A stretch of DNA of 64,000 bases from a virus (lineage: Duplodnaviria; Heunggongvirae; Uroviricota; Caudoviricetes). The notes below the pieces were generated by a model that saw nothing but the letters and a program-made list of their open reading frames with translations, ran no database searches and had not been told where the DNA came from. The stretch covers positions 12,163-76,162 of IMG/VR virus record IMGVR_UViG_3300049595_003752. One strand, written 5' to 3'. Position numbers and translations under genes: made by a program. How positions within the stretch are numbered: position 1 is the first letter of the stretch; every line of letters starts with the position of its first letter. Of this stretch, positions 36,382 through 46,197 are shown piece by piece.

Positions 36382-36593
36382 TGGAAATAGTTAAGGTTAT
36401 AATTAGAAAGGCAACATTACCAACTTATTGGTATGCCGATAAAATAGGACAAGTCTTTGAATGTTATCAACGTGGTTCAAATCAATACCAAGTTGTGGAA
36501 CATAAAGGTTCGGTTTGTTTTATTGTTGCTGACGATTGTATTCCTACTGATTGTATTGGTCGTAAACCAATTAAAAGATTAAAATTAATATAA
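36381..36593 (+). CDS. Small hypothetical protein, paralog of 2981..3187
   Basis: YWYADKIGQVFECY. Confidence 0.45.
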   Translation: MEIVKVIIRKATLPTYWYADKIGQVFECYQRGSNQYQVVEHKGSVCFIVADDCIPTDCIGRKPIKRLKLI

Positions 36594-36778
36594 TGGAAAG
36601 ACAAGAAGGATATTATTGGGTTAAATATAAAACAGGACATCAAATTGCTTATTGGGGTGTATGGATATCAAGTAAATTTGCTTGGTTTTGTATAGGAAGT
36701 GAAGAACAATATGAAGATTCGGATTTTGAACACATTAATGAAATAAGAATTAAACAACCTGGGGAGTTACCTGATTAA
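36593..36778 (+). CDS. Small hypothetical protein
   Basis: 61 aa ORF. Confidence 0.4.
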   Translation: MERQEGYYWVKYKTGHQIAYWGVWISSKFAWFCIGSEEQYEDSDFEHINEIRIKQPGELPD

Positions 36779-36781
36779 ACT

Positions 36782-37021
36782 ATGATTGAAGTAGGTCGAT
36801 ATTCTTTTTACGGTGTTACGCATATTAACGTCATGGATATTAAATATGAAGATGGTGATGTCCACTATTTTGTTCAACCCGATGTAAACCCTGAAGGTTG
36901 GTGGGTTAATTCTAATAATATGAAACGTATCTGTACTGATTTTAATTTAACGTATGTCGGTCCTTATGTCCCCATCCAACCAAAACCTTATCTAAAGGAA
37001 TTTCGTTTTCCTGTCGACTAA
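36782..37021 (+). CDS. Small hypothetical protein
   Basis: 79 aa ORF. Confidence 0.4.
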   Translation: MIEVGRYSFYGVTHINVMDIKYEDGDVHYFVQPDVNPEGWWVNSNNMKRICTDFNLTYVGPYVPIQPKPYLKEFRFPVD

Positions 37022-37031
37022 TTTTATTTTC

Positions 37032-39050
37032 TTGTTGGATATTTATTATTTAGTGAGAGAACAATACAATATAGAAGACTTGGATTTTTTCTATAACGCT
37101 AGAACATTATTTTATGAAATTGGTTATGATGATAAACCTGTAAAAATTCATGATGCTGTTAGTGATGATAATGGTTATTTAATACATGTTGGTATTCGTG
37201 ATGGTGAATATAATATTTGTTATTATATTTTCGTTGGTGAGGATAGTACTGAAGTTGAGGAATGTATTGCAGGTCAAAAGTTATTGCTGAATGCTTTAAA
37301 TAACGGGAATATTGAACCAATTATGTCAAGTCTTGATGTAGAAGATGTTTTTAATTCATTAAATGAATCGACCGACAATTACCAACCAAAATTATATCTA
37401 AGATTTGAACCACCGATTCATAACGATACTCTTGGCATTAGACAATTGGATAAAATTTTAATTTTGATTGAAAATGAATACCCAACAGTTAGTTGGTTTC
37501 AAGGTCAAGAACCTTCCCAATACAATCCTTTTATCCAAGAAGGTGAAGATATCCCCGAACAAGTTAAATCTATCACCATTGGTTATTGGCCTGATAAACC
37601 AAATCTTTTAACTTATGGTCAGTGGGATGATAATGAAGAAGGTTATACAAATACAATTGACGGTTGGTTGTGGCTTGAAGAACGTGATGTTGATTATGAT
37701 AAAACTTCCGATTTATTTAATTCATTGAATGAATCCGATGAATCAAGAATTCCTAGTGCCGGTGATTATCTTATTTTTGTTGGCAGTGAATATGGTAAAT
37801 GGTTCCACCCACTTTTTACAGTTGGTAAAGTTTATAAAGTGTTTAACACCTCAGAAGGCATTATAGAAGTTCAAAATGATAGGGGTGGTCTATCAAATTT
37901 TAGTGTTGATTTACTTGACAATCTTAATTGGGAAACTTGGTTTCGATTAGCCAAATTTGATTATGACAAAACAACAGAAATCTTCAATCAATTAAACGAA
38001 TCCACGTACCAACCAAAATTAAATTTAAGATTTGAGGATGGTATTTCTGATGCTAATGAACTTGATAAGGTATTAAAAGTTTTAAGTCTTGTTTATCCTG
38101 GATTAAAATGGCTAGGAGGCGACCCAATTACGTCACACAATGTTATTCGTAATGTTGAAGATGATGAAAGAGAAGATTTTATATACGACCCAATTTATTA
38201 TTTAACAATTGGTTATTTTCCTCACGCTCCAGATAAACTTACTTATACAAATGGACCTGATGATGATATTGGTTATGCGGATGAGGAACAACATGGTTAT
38301 AATTGGGTTGACGGTTGGGAATGGGTACAAAAAAATGAGGTTGACTATGATGAAACATCAGATATCTTTAATCAACTAAATGAATCGTATGATTTTCTTA
38401 AAACAACAAATTTAATTGGTTATAGTTTTAAAACTGTAGCTACTACTGACTCTAGGTATTGGATTATTCGTCATGTTTTTAATGATAAAGGTGGTTACGT
38501 AACTGTTACTATGGAATACTCACCACTTTTTATTACAGACGTAGGAATAGAAGGTTTTCCAACAACAAAAACAATAAAAAAAGATAAGGTTATTGATTTT
38601 ATTAGTTCTGGTAAATGGGAAATTGTTAGTGTACCTAATCAGATTGATTCTTTTGATGTTTTTGATAAACTAAATGAATCTACTCGAAAAGAAGATGGAT
38701 TTACTTTAATTTTTGACCCACCAATTGAGGACCCAAAAACAATGGAAATGGTTTTGATGAAATTACAAATTATTCATCCTGATTGGACTTGGGTTAATGA
38801 TAAAAGATTGATTGATTACAATATTTTTGATTCGGGTGAAATAGGGTTTTATAAAGGACAATATGATACTGTAGTTGGTGCCTTAACCGTTAACCATCCT
38901 GAATGGGAAAACTCAAAAGGGGTTAGTTGGAGTTCTACCGATTATGACGAACCTTATATCAGAAATATGCCAAAATATAATGGTTGGGAGTATATAGAAG
39001 AATTAGGTGACATACCAACTACTGAAGACATTTTTAATCAATTAGGTTAA
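37032..39050 (+). CDS. Large modular polyprotein-like protein: at least 5 modules separated by (I/V)FNxLNES junctions, with 3 homologous ~130-aa repeats
   Basis: Junctions FNSLNES (x2), FNQLNES (x2), FDKLNES; C-terminus ...DIFNQLG; repeats YQPKLxLRFE...TIGYWPDKP/TIGYFPHAP...DGWxW...VDYD.TSD. Confidence 0.65.
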   Translation: MLDIYYLVREQYNIEDLDFFYNARTLFYEIGYDDKPVKIHDAVSDDNGYLIHVGIRDGEYNICYYIFVGEDSTEVEECIAGQKLLLNALNNGNIEPIMSSLDVEDVFNSLNESTDNYQPKLYLRFEPPIHNDTLGIRQLDKILILIENEYPTVSWFQGQEPSQYNPFIQEGEDIPEQVKSITIGYWPDKPNLLTYGQWDDNEEGYTNTIDGWLWLEERDVDYDKTSDLFNSLNESDESRIPSAGDYLIFVGSEYGKWFHPLFTVGKVYKVFNTSEGIIEVQNDRGGLSNFSVDLLDNLNWETWFRLAKFDYDKTTEIFNQLNESTYQPKLNLRFEDGISDANELDKVLKVLSLVYPGLKWLGGDPITSHNVIRNVEDDEREDFIYDPIYYLTIGYFPHAPDKLTYTNGPDDDIGYADEEQHGYNWVDGWEWVQKNEVDYDETSDIFNQLNESYDFLKTTNLIGYSFKTVATTDSRYWIIRHVFNDKGGYVTVTMEYSPLFITDVGIEGFPTTKTIKKDKVIDFISSGKWEIVSVPNQIDSFDVFDKLNESTRKEDGFTLIFDPPIEDPKTMEMVLMKLQIIHPDWTWVNDKRLIDYNIFDSGEIGFYKGQYDTVVGALTVNHPEWENSKGVSWSSTDYDEPYIRNMPKYNGWEYIEELGDIPTTEDIFNQLG

Positions 39051-39078
39051 AAAACTTTTCAATTTAAAGTTAATTTAT

Positions 39079-39086
39079 TATCTTTG
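39079..39086 (+). promoter_or_regulatory. -7 box TATCTTTG
   Basis: Upstream of the ATG at 39104. Confidence 0.35.
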
Positions 39087-39103
39087 TTTAAATAATTAAA
39101 TCT

Positions 39104-39352
39104 ATGAAATTCGGAACATTTTTATCTTTATTAGGTGGTACCACTAATCTTATCCTCACTATTGTTAATTTACTTGAAGGACAAAATCAAATAGCTTCAG
39201 TATGGGGTACAGCATCTATTTGGGCCTTTTCTACTTTTTTTACTGAATTAAACCTTAGTAAAAAAGAAAAACAAATTCAAAACATTAAAGACGCTATTGT
39301 TTCTTCTGAAAACGAAGTTGAGGCGATTAACAAAATTAACGACATACTTTAA
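39104..39352 (+). CDS. Small membrane protein
   Basis: MKFGTFLSLLGGTTNLILTIVNLL. Confidence 0.4.
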   Translation: MKFGTFLSLLGGTTNLILTIVNLLEGQNQIASVWGTASIWAFSTFFTELNLSKKEKQIQNIKDAIVSSENEVEAINKINDIL

Positions 39353-39354
39353 AT

Positions 39355-39576
39355 ATGATTCGTACTGTCACTGTAAACTACAAAGGTCTTGAACTAGAAT
39401 GTAAGGGTTATCATACACCTTATAAAAATAATGGGCGGGATAATCCACCTGATAATGAATGTTTTGAAATTGATACCGTTATTTGGAACGGTGTGGATAT
39501 TTTAGAAGTACTTGATTCTTTAAATGTTGATTGGTGTGAGTTAGAATCGGTATGTCTCGAGTTTTTAAACGACTAA
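39355..39576 (+). CDS. Small hypothetical protein
   Basis: 73 aa ORF. Confidence 0.4.
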   Translation: MIRTVTVNYKGLELECKGYHTPYKNNGRDNPPDNECFEIDTVIWNGVDILEVLDSLNVDWCELESVCLEFLND

Positions 39577-39594
39577 TAGAGATATTTATTATCG

Positions 39595-40632
39595 ATGAGT
39601 AATATAAATTCTTTCTACGATAAAAAAATTATTTGGTTGGCTGACTACAATATTTGTGGTGATAATTTTAACTATTTTAAAAATCAACTAATAACCATAC
39701 TAAGATCTTTAAAAGAATTAGATAACCATGTTATAGAAACACTTAATAATATTGGAATTGATTTAAAAAAATATAATGGTTGTTTATTGTATGTAAGATT
39801 CATCAACAGAAGTACTAATATTAAGTATTATTCTGTTGATGATTATGAACAAGGGGATGATGCACATTTAGATGCTTTGGAGGCTTATCAAGATTTTGTT
39901 GATCGTGGATATTCACCTTTAATATGGTCCGATTTAATAGGTAATACTACAGATACTTACGATATTTTTGATAAAATAAGTGAGTCAAATGAGTACTCAA
40001 ATGTTTCACATTTAATTAATAAAAAAATTTGGTTTGACTATCCAACCGAAAGGGAAGACATTGAAAAAGTAAATCAATTTTTTATCGATAACGGTTTCCG
40101 TGGTTTAAAGAGTGATAATATAGACGAGTTTGAAGATTTTATTTATGATAATGATGCAGCTTATTTTAAATTAACACAACATACATCACCTTTACATAGT
40201 GTTGAAGAAAGAAGACCTTATATTGATTATTTTTCTTTGGATTGGACAAACCCTGAAAGATTAAAAAATGACCCAAGCTTTATTTATTATCAAGATATTT
40301 TAAATATGACTGATACCACTTTAGACATTCTTTCCAATTTGAATGAGTCGGTAGAAGAAATGCAACCAAAAATCGGTGACTACCTTTATTGTCATAAAGA
40401 AGTTGTTATGGATGATGGTAGCAAAGAAACAACAGTAGGTAAATTCTACCAAATTAAAAATGTAATGCGTGATAGGTTGGAGATATTAAATGACCATAGA
40501 GGTGACCACGTATTTGGTACTAACCCTAAAACATATTGGTATTATGGTATTTGGTTCCATTTAATACCAAAAGAACATAAAAAAGATTTTGATTCTTTTA
40601 ATCCTGAAGACATCTTCAATCAGTTAGATTAA
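39595..40632 (+). CDS. Modular protein with FDKISES / LSNLNES junctions and DIFNQLD C-terminus
   Basis: Same junction grammar as 37032..39050. Confidence 0.6.
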   Translation: MSNINSFYDKKIIWLADYNICGDNFNYFKNQLITILRSLKELDNHVIETLNNIGIDLKKYNGCLLYVRFINRSTNIKYYSVDDYEQGDDAHLDALEAYQDFVDRGYSPLIWSDLIGNTTDTYDIFDKISESNEYSNVSHLINKKIWFDYPTEREDIEKVNQFFIDNGFRGLKSDNIDEFEDFIYDNDAAYFKLTQHTSPLHSVEERRPYIDYFSLDWTNPERLKNDPSFIYYQDILNMTDTTLDILSNLNESVEEMQPKIGDYLYCHKEVVMDDGSKETTVGKFYQIKNVMRDRLEILNDHRGDHVFGTNPKTYWYYGIWFHLIPKEHKKDFDSFNPEDIFNQLD

Positions 40633-40680
40633 CCCTATTATTTTTATTTCTAAGAACTATATTTATCTAATATAGATAAA

Positions 40681-41040
40681 TTGGTTATGACAGGTACTAC
40701 AAAAAACGAAACATATAGTGTTAGAGCATTATATGAAGTCATCAAACTTAGTCTTTTAATGCGAGATAGAGATTTAGTCCATTTCATTAGAACAATGAAT
40801 GATAATATCATCGAGGACTTTGAAAAGATTAAAAAAAATCCTAATACACCTTTAAATGATATTATAAAATACTATGAAAATTATACCATAGTTTTTATGA
40901 TGATTAGAGCGATAATGCAAGAAGCTAACATTTCTTTTTACCAAGAAAAAACAAGGGAAGTTACAAATTATTTTTTAACTGACGAATTATATATAAAATC
41001 AGAGAAACCATCAAAATCAGTTTATGATGATGAAGATTAG
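40681..41040 (+). CDS. Hypothetical protein
   Basis: 119 aa ORF. Confidence 0.45.
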   Translation: MVMTGTTKNETYSVRALYEVIKLSLLMRDRDLVHFIRTMNDNIIEDFEKIKKNPNTPLNDIIKYYENYTIVFMMIRAIMQEANISFYQEKTREVTNYFLTDELYIKSEKPSKSVYDDED

Positions 41041-41057
41041 CATATTTATTTGATAGA

Positions 41058-42446
41058 ATGAAAAATATTTTTAAATACGTCATATTAGAACAACTCTTAA
41101 CTGAGAATAGAATACAACAGGCAAAGGATAAATATCCTTGTTTACCACCAAAATTGATAGATTATCTATCTAATGGTGATCCTTCAGGTAATAACAAATA
41201 TCTTGATTGGATGTGTAAACAAGTTTGGGATTCTGATGGAAATAATACTTTTGGTACTTTTGATGAAAACCAAGGTATATATACTTGGTTGGAGGATAAT
41301 GGTGACTACAATATAAATAACCCAACAAGTTCACCTGATTGTCAAAAAGTTTGGTCTGAAAATTATAGAAGAGGTGATTTTAATGTCATACCTGTTGAAG
41401 GTTGGCTTAAAGACGTAGCTGATTATATTATAGAAGAAGTTGTTTACTTCAACCGTTTTTCAGGTTCTTTAGAAAAAAAAGATATAAATAGTTATAGTTA
41501 TGACACTTTAGCAAAGGCTTTAGCAATTAAAAAACTTCAGTCAAAAGAAAAAGAATTAGCTAAAGATGTTACTAAAATCTATGAAGATAGTAGTTGGTTG
41601 ATTGTTTCACCAAAATCACATCAAGCTTCTTGTACTTATGGTGCAAATACAAAATGGTGTGTTACTACAAAAAATAACCCTGAATACTTTAAACGTTATA
41701 CAAACGAACCACAATACTTAATTTTTGTTATCAATAAAGGAAGTAATCAAAAATGGGCTATTAATACCGCTAGAAAACAAGGTCAGGAAAGTGAAGAAGA
41801 AGTAACTGTACCTTGGCATAAAGAAGTTAAAAATTTAGGAAGACGTTACGTCAATCCTGAAAATGTGGGGGAAAAATTTGGTACTATAGCAGCACAAAAA
41901 ACTGAGACAGGTAGAAGATATGCTCAGGCTGGAGAATATCAAACAACATATTGGAACCCTGAAGATTATGAAATTGGGTGGGGTGCGTTTATTAAAGAAT
42001 CTAGTTTACCTAAAAACTTACAAGAATTATTAAAATTTGTTGAAAAACGAGTTAAAGTTAACTTCCAAAAAAAAGAAAAAAATCAAAAAGCCTACGAAAC
42101 AAACCCAAACCCTATTCGTCTTAAAAAAGGTGATAAAGTTAAACTTTTAGCGAGTGGATATGGTTTATATAAAGGTGATGAAGGTTATGTAATTTCTACT
42201 TATATCGGAGCACCTGGTAGAGAAAGAGAGGTATATACAGGTAATGCCGGTGTTTATGTTATACATGTTAATGATAGAAAATTAGATTACGAGGCTAATA
42301 GAGGTGTTAATTTAAAAAAAACTGATAAATTATTAACTAAACTAAAATTAAGTGACCCTGAAAAAGATAATTTTAGAAATTATGAAAGTTATGTAAACGT
42401 TACAGGTATACCAGTTAACGGTTTATTCTTACAAAAAATAAAATAA
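41058..42446 (+). CDS. Paralog family A protein
   Basis: DPSGNNKYLDWM; YEDSSWLIVSPKSHQASCTYGANTKWCVTTKNN. Confidence 0.7.
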   Translation: MKNIFKYVILEQLLTENRIQQAKDKYPCLPPKLIDYLSNGDPSGNNKYLDWMCKQVWDSDGNNTFGTFDENQGIYTWLEDNGDYNINNPTSSPDCQKVWSENYRRGDFNVIPVEGWLKDVADYIIEEVVYFNRFSGSLEKKDINSYSYDTLAKALAIKKLQSKEKELAKDVTKIYEDSSWLIVSPKSHQASCTYGANTKWCVTTKNNPEYFKRYTNEPQYLIFVINKGSNQKWAINTARKQGQESEEEVTVPWHKEVKNLGRRYVNPENVGEKFGTIAAQKTETGRRYAQAGEYQTTYWNPEDYEIGWGAFIKESSLPKNLQELLKFVEKRVKVNFQKKEKNQKAYETNPNPIRLKKGDKVKLLASGYGLYKGDEGYVISTYIGAPGREREVYTGNAGVYVIHVNDRKLDYEANRGVNLKKTDKLLTKLKLSDPEKDNFRNYESYVNVTGIPVNGLFLQKIK

Positions 42447-42452
42447 AAAAAA

Positions 42453-43313
42453 ATGAAAAAATTTATACTTTCCGAATTACAATATAGAAATATAAGAAAA
42501 TACTTAATAGAGTCTAAACTTAGATCTTACGTTTTCGATTGGGACGATAACATCCTAAGAATGCCAACAAAGGTTAATATGGAAAAAAATGAAAACGGTA
42601 AGTGGGTTCCAGTAAAAGTTTCAACCGAAGAGTTTGCTCATTTTAGAACAGATCCTAATTATAGAACAACTTCAAATTCATTTGCTGACTTTACAAACAA
42701 CGAACCTTTTTTGGTTGACGCTGAAAAGGCCATTCATAACGGAAGTTTCGCACCAAGCTATAAAAAATTTATTGAAGCTTTGACACATGCAAATCCTTTT
42801 GCAATTAATACCGCTAGAGGTCACAGTCCTGAAACTTTAAAAAAAGGTGTTAAACTTTTTGTTAAAATGGTTTTAAGTGATGATGAAAAAAGAATGATGT
42901 TTACAAACATACAGAAAGAACTACCAAACGCTTTAACCCAAGGTCTTAATGCCTCACAACTACTAGATTTATATATGGATGAAAGAGGTGAATTTTATCC
43001 TGTTTCATCTGAAGAGTTTGGTGAAAGATTTGGTCTTGAGGTTAAAGGAGGAGCATCAAATCCTGAACATGCTAAGAAAGTAGCAATTGAAAACTTTGTT
43101 AAGAAATTAATTGACGGTGTTAAAAAACATATGGTTGCTGGTAAATACAAAAAAATATCTTTAGGTTTTTCTGATGATGATAAAAGAAATGTTAAAGCGG
43201 CACAAGAATTTTTACAAAACGAATTAAGTCAAATGTATCCAGAGGTACATTTTGTAATCTACGATACTTCCGAAGGTGGTAAAAGAAAAATTGTTATTGA
43301 AAAGGAATCTTAA
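42453..43313 (+). CDS. Hypothetical protein
   Basis: 286 aa ORF. Confidence 0.55.
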   Translation: MKKFILSELQYRNIRKYLIESKLRSYVFDWDDNILRMPTKVNMEKNENGKWVPVKVSTEEFAHFRTDPNYRTTSNSFADFTNNEPFLVDAEKAIHNGSFAPSYKKFIEALTHANPFAINTARGHSPETLKKGVKLFVKMVLSDDEKRMMFTNIQKELPNALTQGLNASQLLDLYMDERGEFYPVSSEEFGERFGLEVKGGASNPEHAKKVAIENFVKKLIDGVKKHMVAGKYKKISLGFSDDDKRNVKAAQEFLQNELSQMYPEVHFVIYDTSEGGKRKIVIEKES

Positions 43314-43678
43314 GTAAACTTAAAGGGTTTAATGCTTTGTGATACACTACCACTATCTATAACATTTTTTAATGCCATAGAATAACCGTAGTTCATTCCA
43401 TTAACTATACTGTCCACTATTGCAATATCTGTACTATAATAGTTTTGTACTCTTTGGCCTTTAAAGGATATGTATTTACCTTCATGATTAATCTCAAATG
43501 GTCTAACACTGTAAGAGCCATCATCATCGATAATTGAGCCTGTACCAACAACTTTTTCTAAAAATTCTTTTAATTCCATTTTAATATAAGTTTTCTGAAA
43601 ATTATCATAAAGAAAAGTTAAATAAATTCCTCTAAACAAAACACACTTAATTAAGTGTATCAGTTTTGACCTTTTCAA
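43310..43678 (-). CDS. Hypothetical protein
   Basis: 122 aa ORF. Confidence 0.45.
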   Translation of the reverse strand: MKRSKLIHLIKCVLFRGIYLTFLYDNFQKTYIKMELKEFLEKVVGTGSIIDDDGSYSVRPFEINHEGKYISFKGQRVQNYYSTDIAIVDSIVNGMNYGYSMALKNVIDSGSVSQSIKPFKFT

Positions 43679-43892
43679 CCCATTTGATTTTTTCTATAGT
43701 AATAGTGTCATAAATTTTTATGACTTTTTTAACGGATACGGTATCGTAAATTTTTACATGATCCTCAACTTTAATGTCTGTGTTATTTTTTTCTGAAATA
43801 ATTGGTAGTATGATTAAAATAATCAAAACAAAAAAAGGCAAACCAATAAGTATTAACCCTGTGTATAATAGATTGTTAAATTGTTTCTTCAT
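43647..43892 (-). CDS. Small membrane protein
   Basis: TM segment LLYTGLILIGLPFFVLIILIILPII. Confidence 0.4.
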   Translation of the reverse strand: MKKQFNNLLYTGLILIGLPFFVLIILIILPIISEKNNTDIKVEDHVKIYDTVSVKKVIKIYDTITIEKIKWVEKVKTDTLN

Positions 43893-44304
43893 TTATTAAA
43901 CTTTTATAAATGTTAGATAATGAGTGTTTTACATTTGATTTAATTTCTTTTTCCATAGCAGATCTCCTAGACTCAACCTCATTATCGAAAATATGGATTA
44001 ATCTTTCACAAGCTTTAGGGTGTAAATCTATTGTGTAACTATATTGATGATTGACTATGGTTAAAGTCCTATTTGATTCAAAAATAATGAATATTCTTTT
44101 TTGGTCATTTTTTATATAACGTTTTTTAGAAATAGGTGAGATTAAAAGTTTTGAATCTTCTCTTGAAATTAAATTTTTACAAATAGAAAGACCTTCATTT
44201 TCAAAATCACCGTGTTCAAATTGTTCATCTAAAGAAAAAAGCTTGAAATATTTTATAGCAATTTTTTGAATTTTTCTTTTAATTTTATGTTTTAAATTTT
44301 TCAT
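43876..44304 (-). CDS. Hypothetical protein
   Basis: 142 aa ORF. Confidence 0.45.
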   Translation of the reverse strand: MKNLKHKIKRKIQKIAIKYFKLFSLDEQFEHGDFENEGLSICKNLISREDSKLLISPISKKRYIKNDQKRIFIIFESNRTLTIVNHQYSYTIDLHPKACERLIHIFDNEVESRRSAMEKEIKSNVKHSLSNIYKSLINEETI

Positions 44305-44312
44305 CTTTAATT

Positions 44313-44519
44313 TTAAATTTTAACGTCACTAATATCAACACCACCTAATTCATAAAATCTTTTTTCTATATGATTTTTAAAAGTACTAGAGTAAACTACG
44401 TCATCTAAGTGTTTGTTGGACCAAAACATTAACATTTTTGACGCACCTTTTAATTGTTCAATAGTTACACAACTATCGATAACACTTAAAACTTTTTTAT
44501 AATCTTCCCAAATTTTCAT
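44313..44519 (-). CDS. Small hypothetical protein
   Basis: 68 aa ORF. Confidence 0.4.
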   Translation of the reverse strand: MKIWEDYKKVLSVIDSCVTIEQLKGASKMLMFWSNKHLDDVVYSSTFKNHIEKRFYELGGVDISDVKI

Positions 44520-44553
44520 AATAAATTTTACTTTACTAATATAATAAACTTAT

Positions 44554-45852
44554 TTAAACATTTCTACCGTTTTCGTAAATATATTTTAAAACAGGAAATC
44601 TAAGACTAATTCCACCTTCTTGATTTTTAGTTTCTTCAAAATATTGAATATTTACAGTTTTACCCACAATTTTGGATGAATCTTTATAGAATTCTTGACG
44701 TTGTTCGATACTAAAACCACTACCAACACCAACCTCAAATCCTTTATGCTCAATCACAATTTGTGATGTCATAGTTTCAGTAACTTCTTTACCGTTAATA
44801 ATAATACGAATAGGTCCATAAGTAATTCCTTTAACTACATACTCAGCATCATGGAATTTTTTAGCCTTTAAAAGGTCCTTACTACGTTTACCTTTGTAAG
44901 TAACATTTTTACGTACCATCACACCTTCCCATTTACCTTCTTCAGACTTATCCATCCATTCTTGAAAGTGTTTTACGTCACGTATTTTTTCTTGTGGTAA
45001 AATTTCAAGAGTACAATTATTTTCATTACAAATAATAGTTTCACCTAAAACTTTAAGACGTTCAGAAAGTTTACGAACACTTCTTTGGTTAGAAAATTCT
45101 TCTAAACTTAAACAATCAAATACTTTATACTTAACATTTTGAATGGTGTGATTTTTTCTACGAATTTCTTTCATAATAGATTGGAAATCTTCGTCACCAT
45201 TTTCATCGACCATACAAATCTCACCGTCAAAAACAATATTACGAAGTCCAAGATTAGTAATCACTTCCTCAACTTTGTCTAGAGTATCAAATATTTTACC
45301 CTGACGAGAGTAAGAAGTTACTTGACCATTTTCCCCAACAACTGTAATACAACGAACACCATCAAGTTTACGAGATACATACCACTCTTCAGTTTCAAAG
45401 TTAACCATTTCAGGTTCAAATTTTTCAGCGAGAGCAACATCAAATGTTGGTACAGTTCCAGGAACGGCTTTATTGATAAGACTTTCACCGACACGACATT
45501 TCAAATCTTTGTCAATTATATTAAAAATTAATTCTTTATGTTCAGAATTTAATTCTACAAATGAATTTACAAGTCCAATAGCATTATGACCTGTAACTTC
45601 GCGAGTACGTAACTCATCCAACAATTCAAAAATATTATATTCTTTTTCGGTTAAAAAAAGAAGTGTGTGTAACTTTTTGCAATTATCGGAAGTTATGTGA
45701 AACTGATAAAAAGGATTTGTGACATACATCACAAGTTTCTTCAAATCAGAATCGTGAAGATATTCTTTTAAAAGTTCTACTTTTTTGTTTGAGGAAGAGT
45801 CTGATTGTAACTTAGTAACTAATTCTTGAAGACGTGATAGAATATTTTTCAT
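44554..45852 (-). CDS. ATP-dependent DNA ligase
   Basis: Motif I SRKLDGVRC (KxDGxR), motif III IVFDGEI, motif IV EGVMVRK, motif V LLKAKKF; a minus-strand -7 box TATCTTTG at 45857..45864 precedes the ATG. Confidence 0.7.
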   Translation of the reverse strand: MKNILSRLQELVTKLQSDSSSNKKVELLKEYLHDSDLKKLVMYVTNPFYQFHITSDNCKKLHTLLFLTEKEYNIFELLDELRTREVTGHNAIGLVNSFVELNSEHKELIFNIIDKDLKCRVGESLINKAVPGTVPTFDVALAEKFEPEMVNFETEEWYVSRKLDGVRCITVVGENGQVTSYSRQGKIFDTLDKVEEVITNLGLRNIVFDGEICMVDENGDEDFQSIMKEIRRKNHTIQNVKYKVFDCLSLEEFSNQRSVRKLSERLKVLGETIICNENNCTLEILPQEKIRDVKHFQEWMDKSEEGKWEGVMVRKNVTYKGKRSKDLLKAKKFHDAEYVVKGITYGPIRIIINGKEVTETMTSQIVIEHKGFEVGVGSGFSIEQRQEFYKDSSKIVGKTVNIQYFEETKNQEGGISLRFPVLKYIYENGRNV

Positions 45853-45897
45853 TCTACAAAGATACGATTATTAATTTAATATACAAATTTAATAAAA

Positions 45898-45925
45898 TAA
45901 AAAAAGGACCTCTAAGGTCCTTTTC
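45898..45925. terminator. Bidirectional intrinsic terminator
   Basis: AAAGGACC-tcta-AGGTCCTTTT with an A8 run upstream. Confidence 0.6.
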
Positions 45926-45944
45926 CCAATTCAGTGTTCTACTT

Positions 45945-46127
45945 TTATTTTGTAGCTGTAGATACTGCTGTTGAATCAGTAACAACTACTGATTCTGTAG
46001 CAACAACTGCAGTTGTGTCAACTGCGGCTACAACTGTACTATCAGTTTTAGGAGCTTCAGATTCTGATGAAGATCCACAAGCGGTCATAAGACCAATAAC
46101 ACTTAGAACTAAGATAACTTTTTTCAT
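45945..46127 (-). CDS. Small lipoprotein with Ser/Thr/Val/Ala-rich repeats
   Basis: MKKVILVLSVIGLMTACG lipobox; the plus-strand ORF 45934..46164 is its antisense artefact. Confidence 0.45.
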   Translation of the reverse strand: MKKVILVLSVIGLMTACGSSSESEAPKTDSTVVAAVDTTAVVATESVVVTDSTAVSTATK

Positions 46128-46197
46128 TTTGTTTTTGTTTTTGTTTTTTTGTTTATGTGATTAATTATAATTAATTTATTTCTAATTGTAAATATGT

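Noticed and set aside
45934-46164. Plus-strand 76-aa ORF
   Set aside because: It is antisense to a better minus-strand lipoprotein ORF with signal peptide and lipobox, and it runs through the terminator hairpin.
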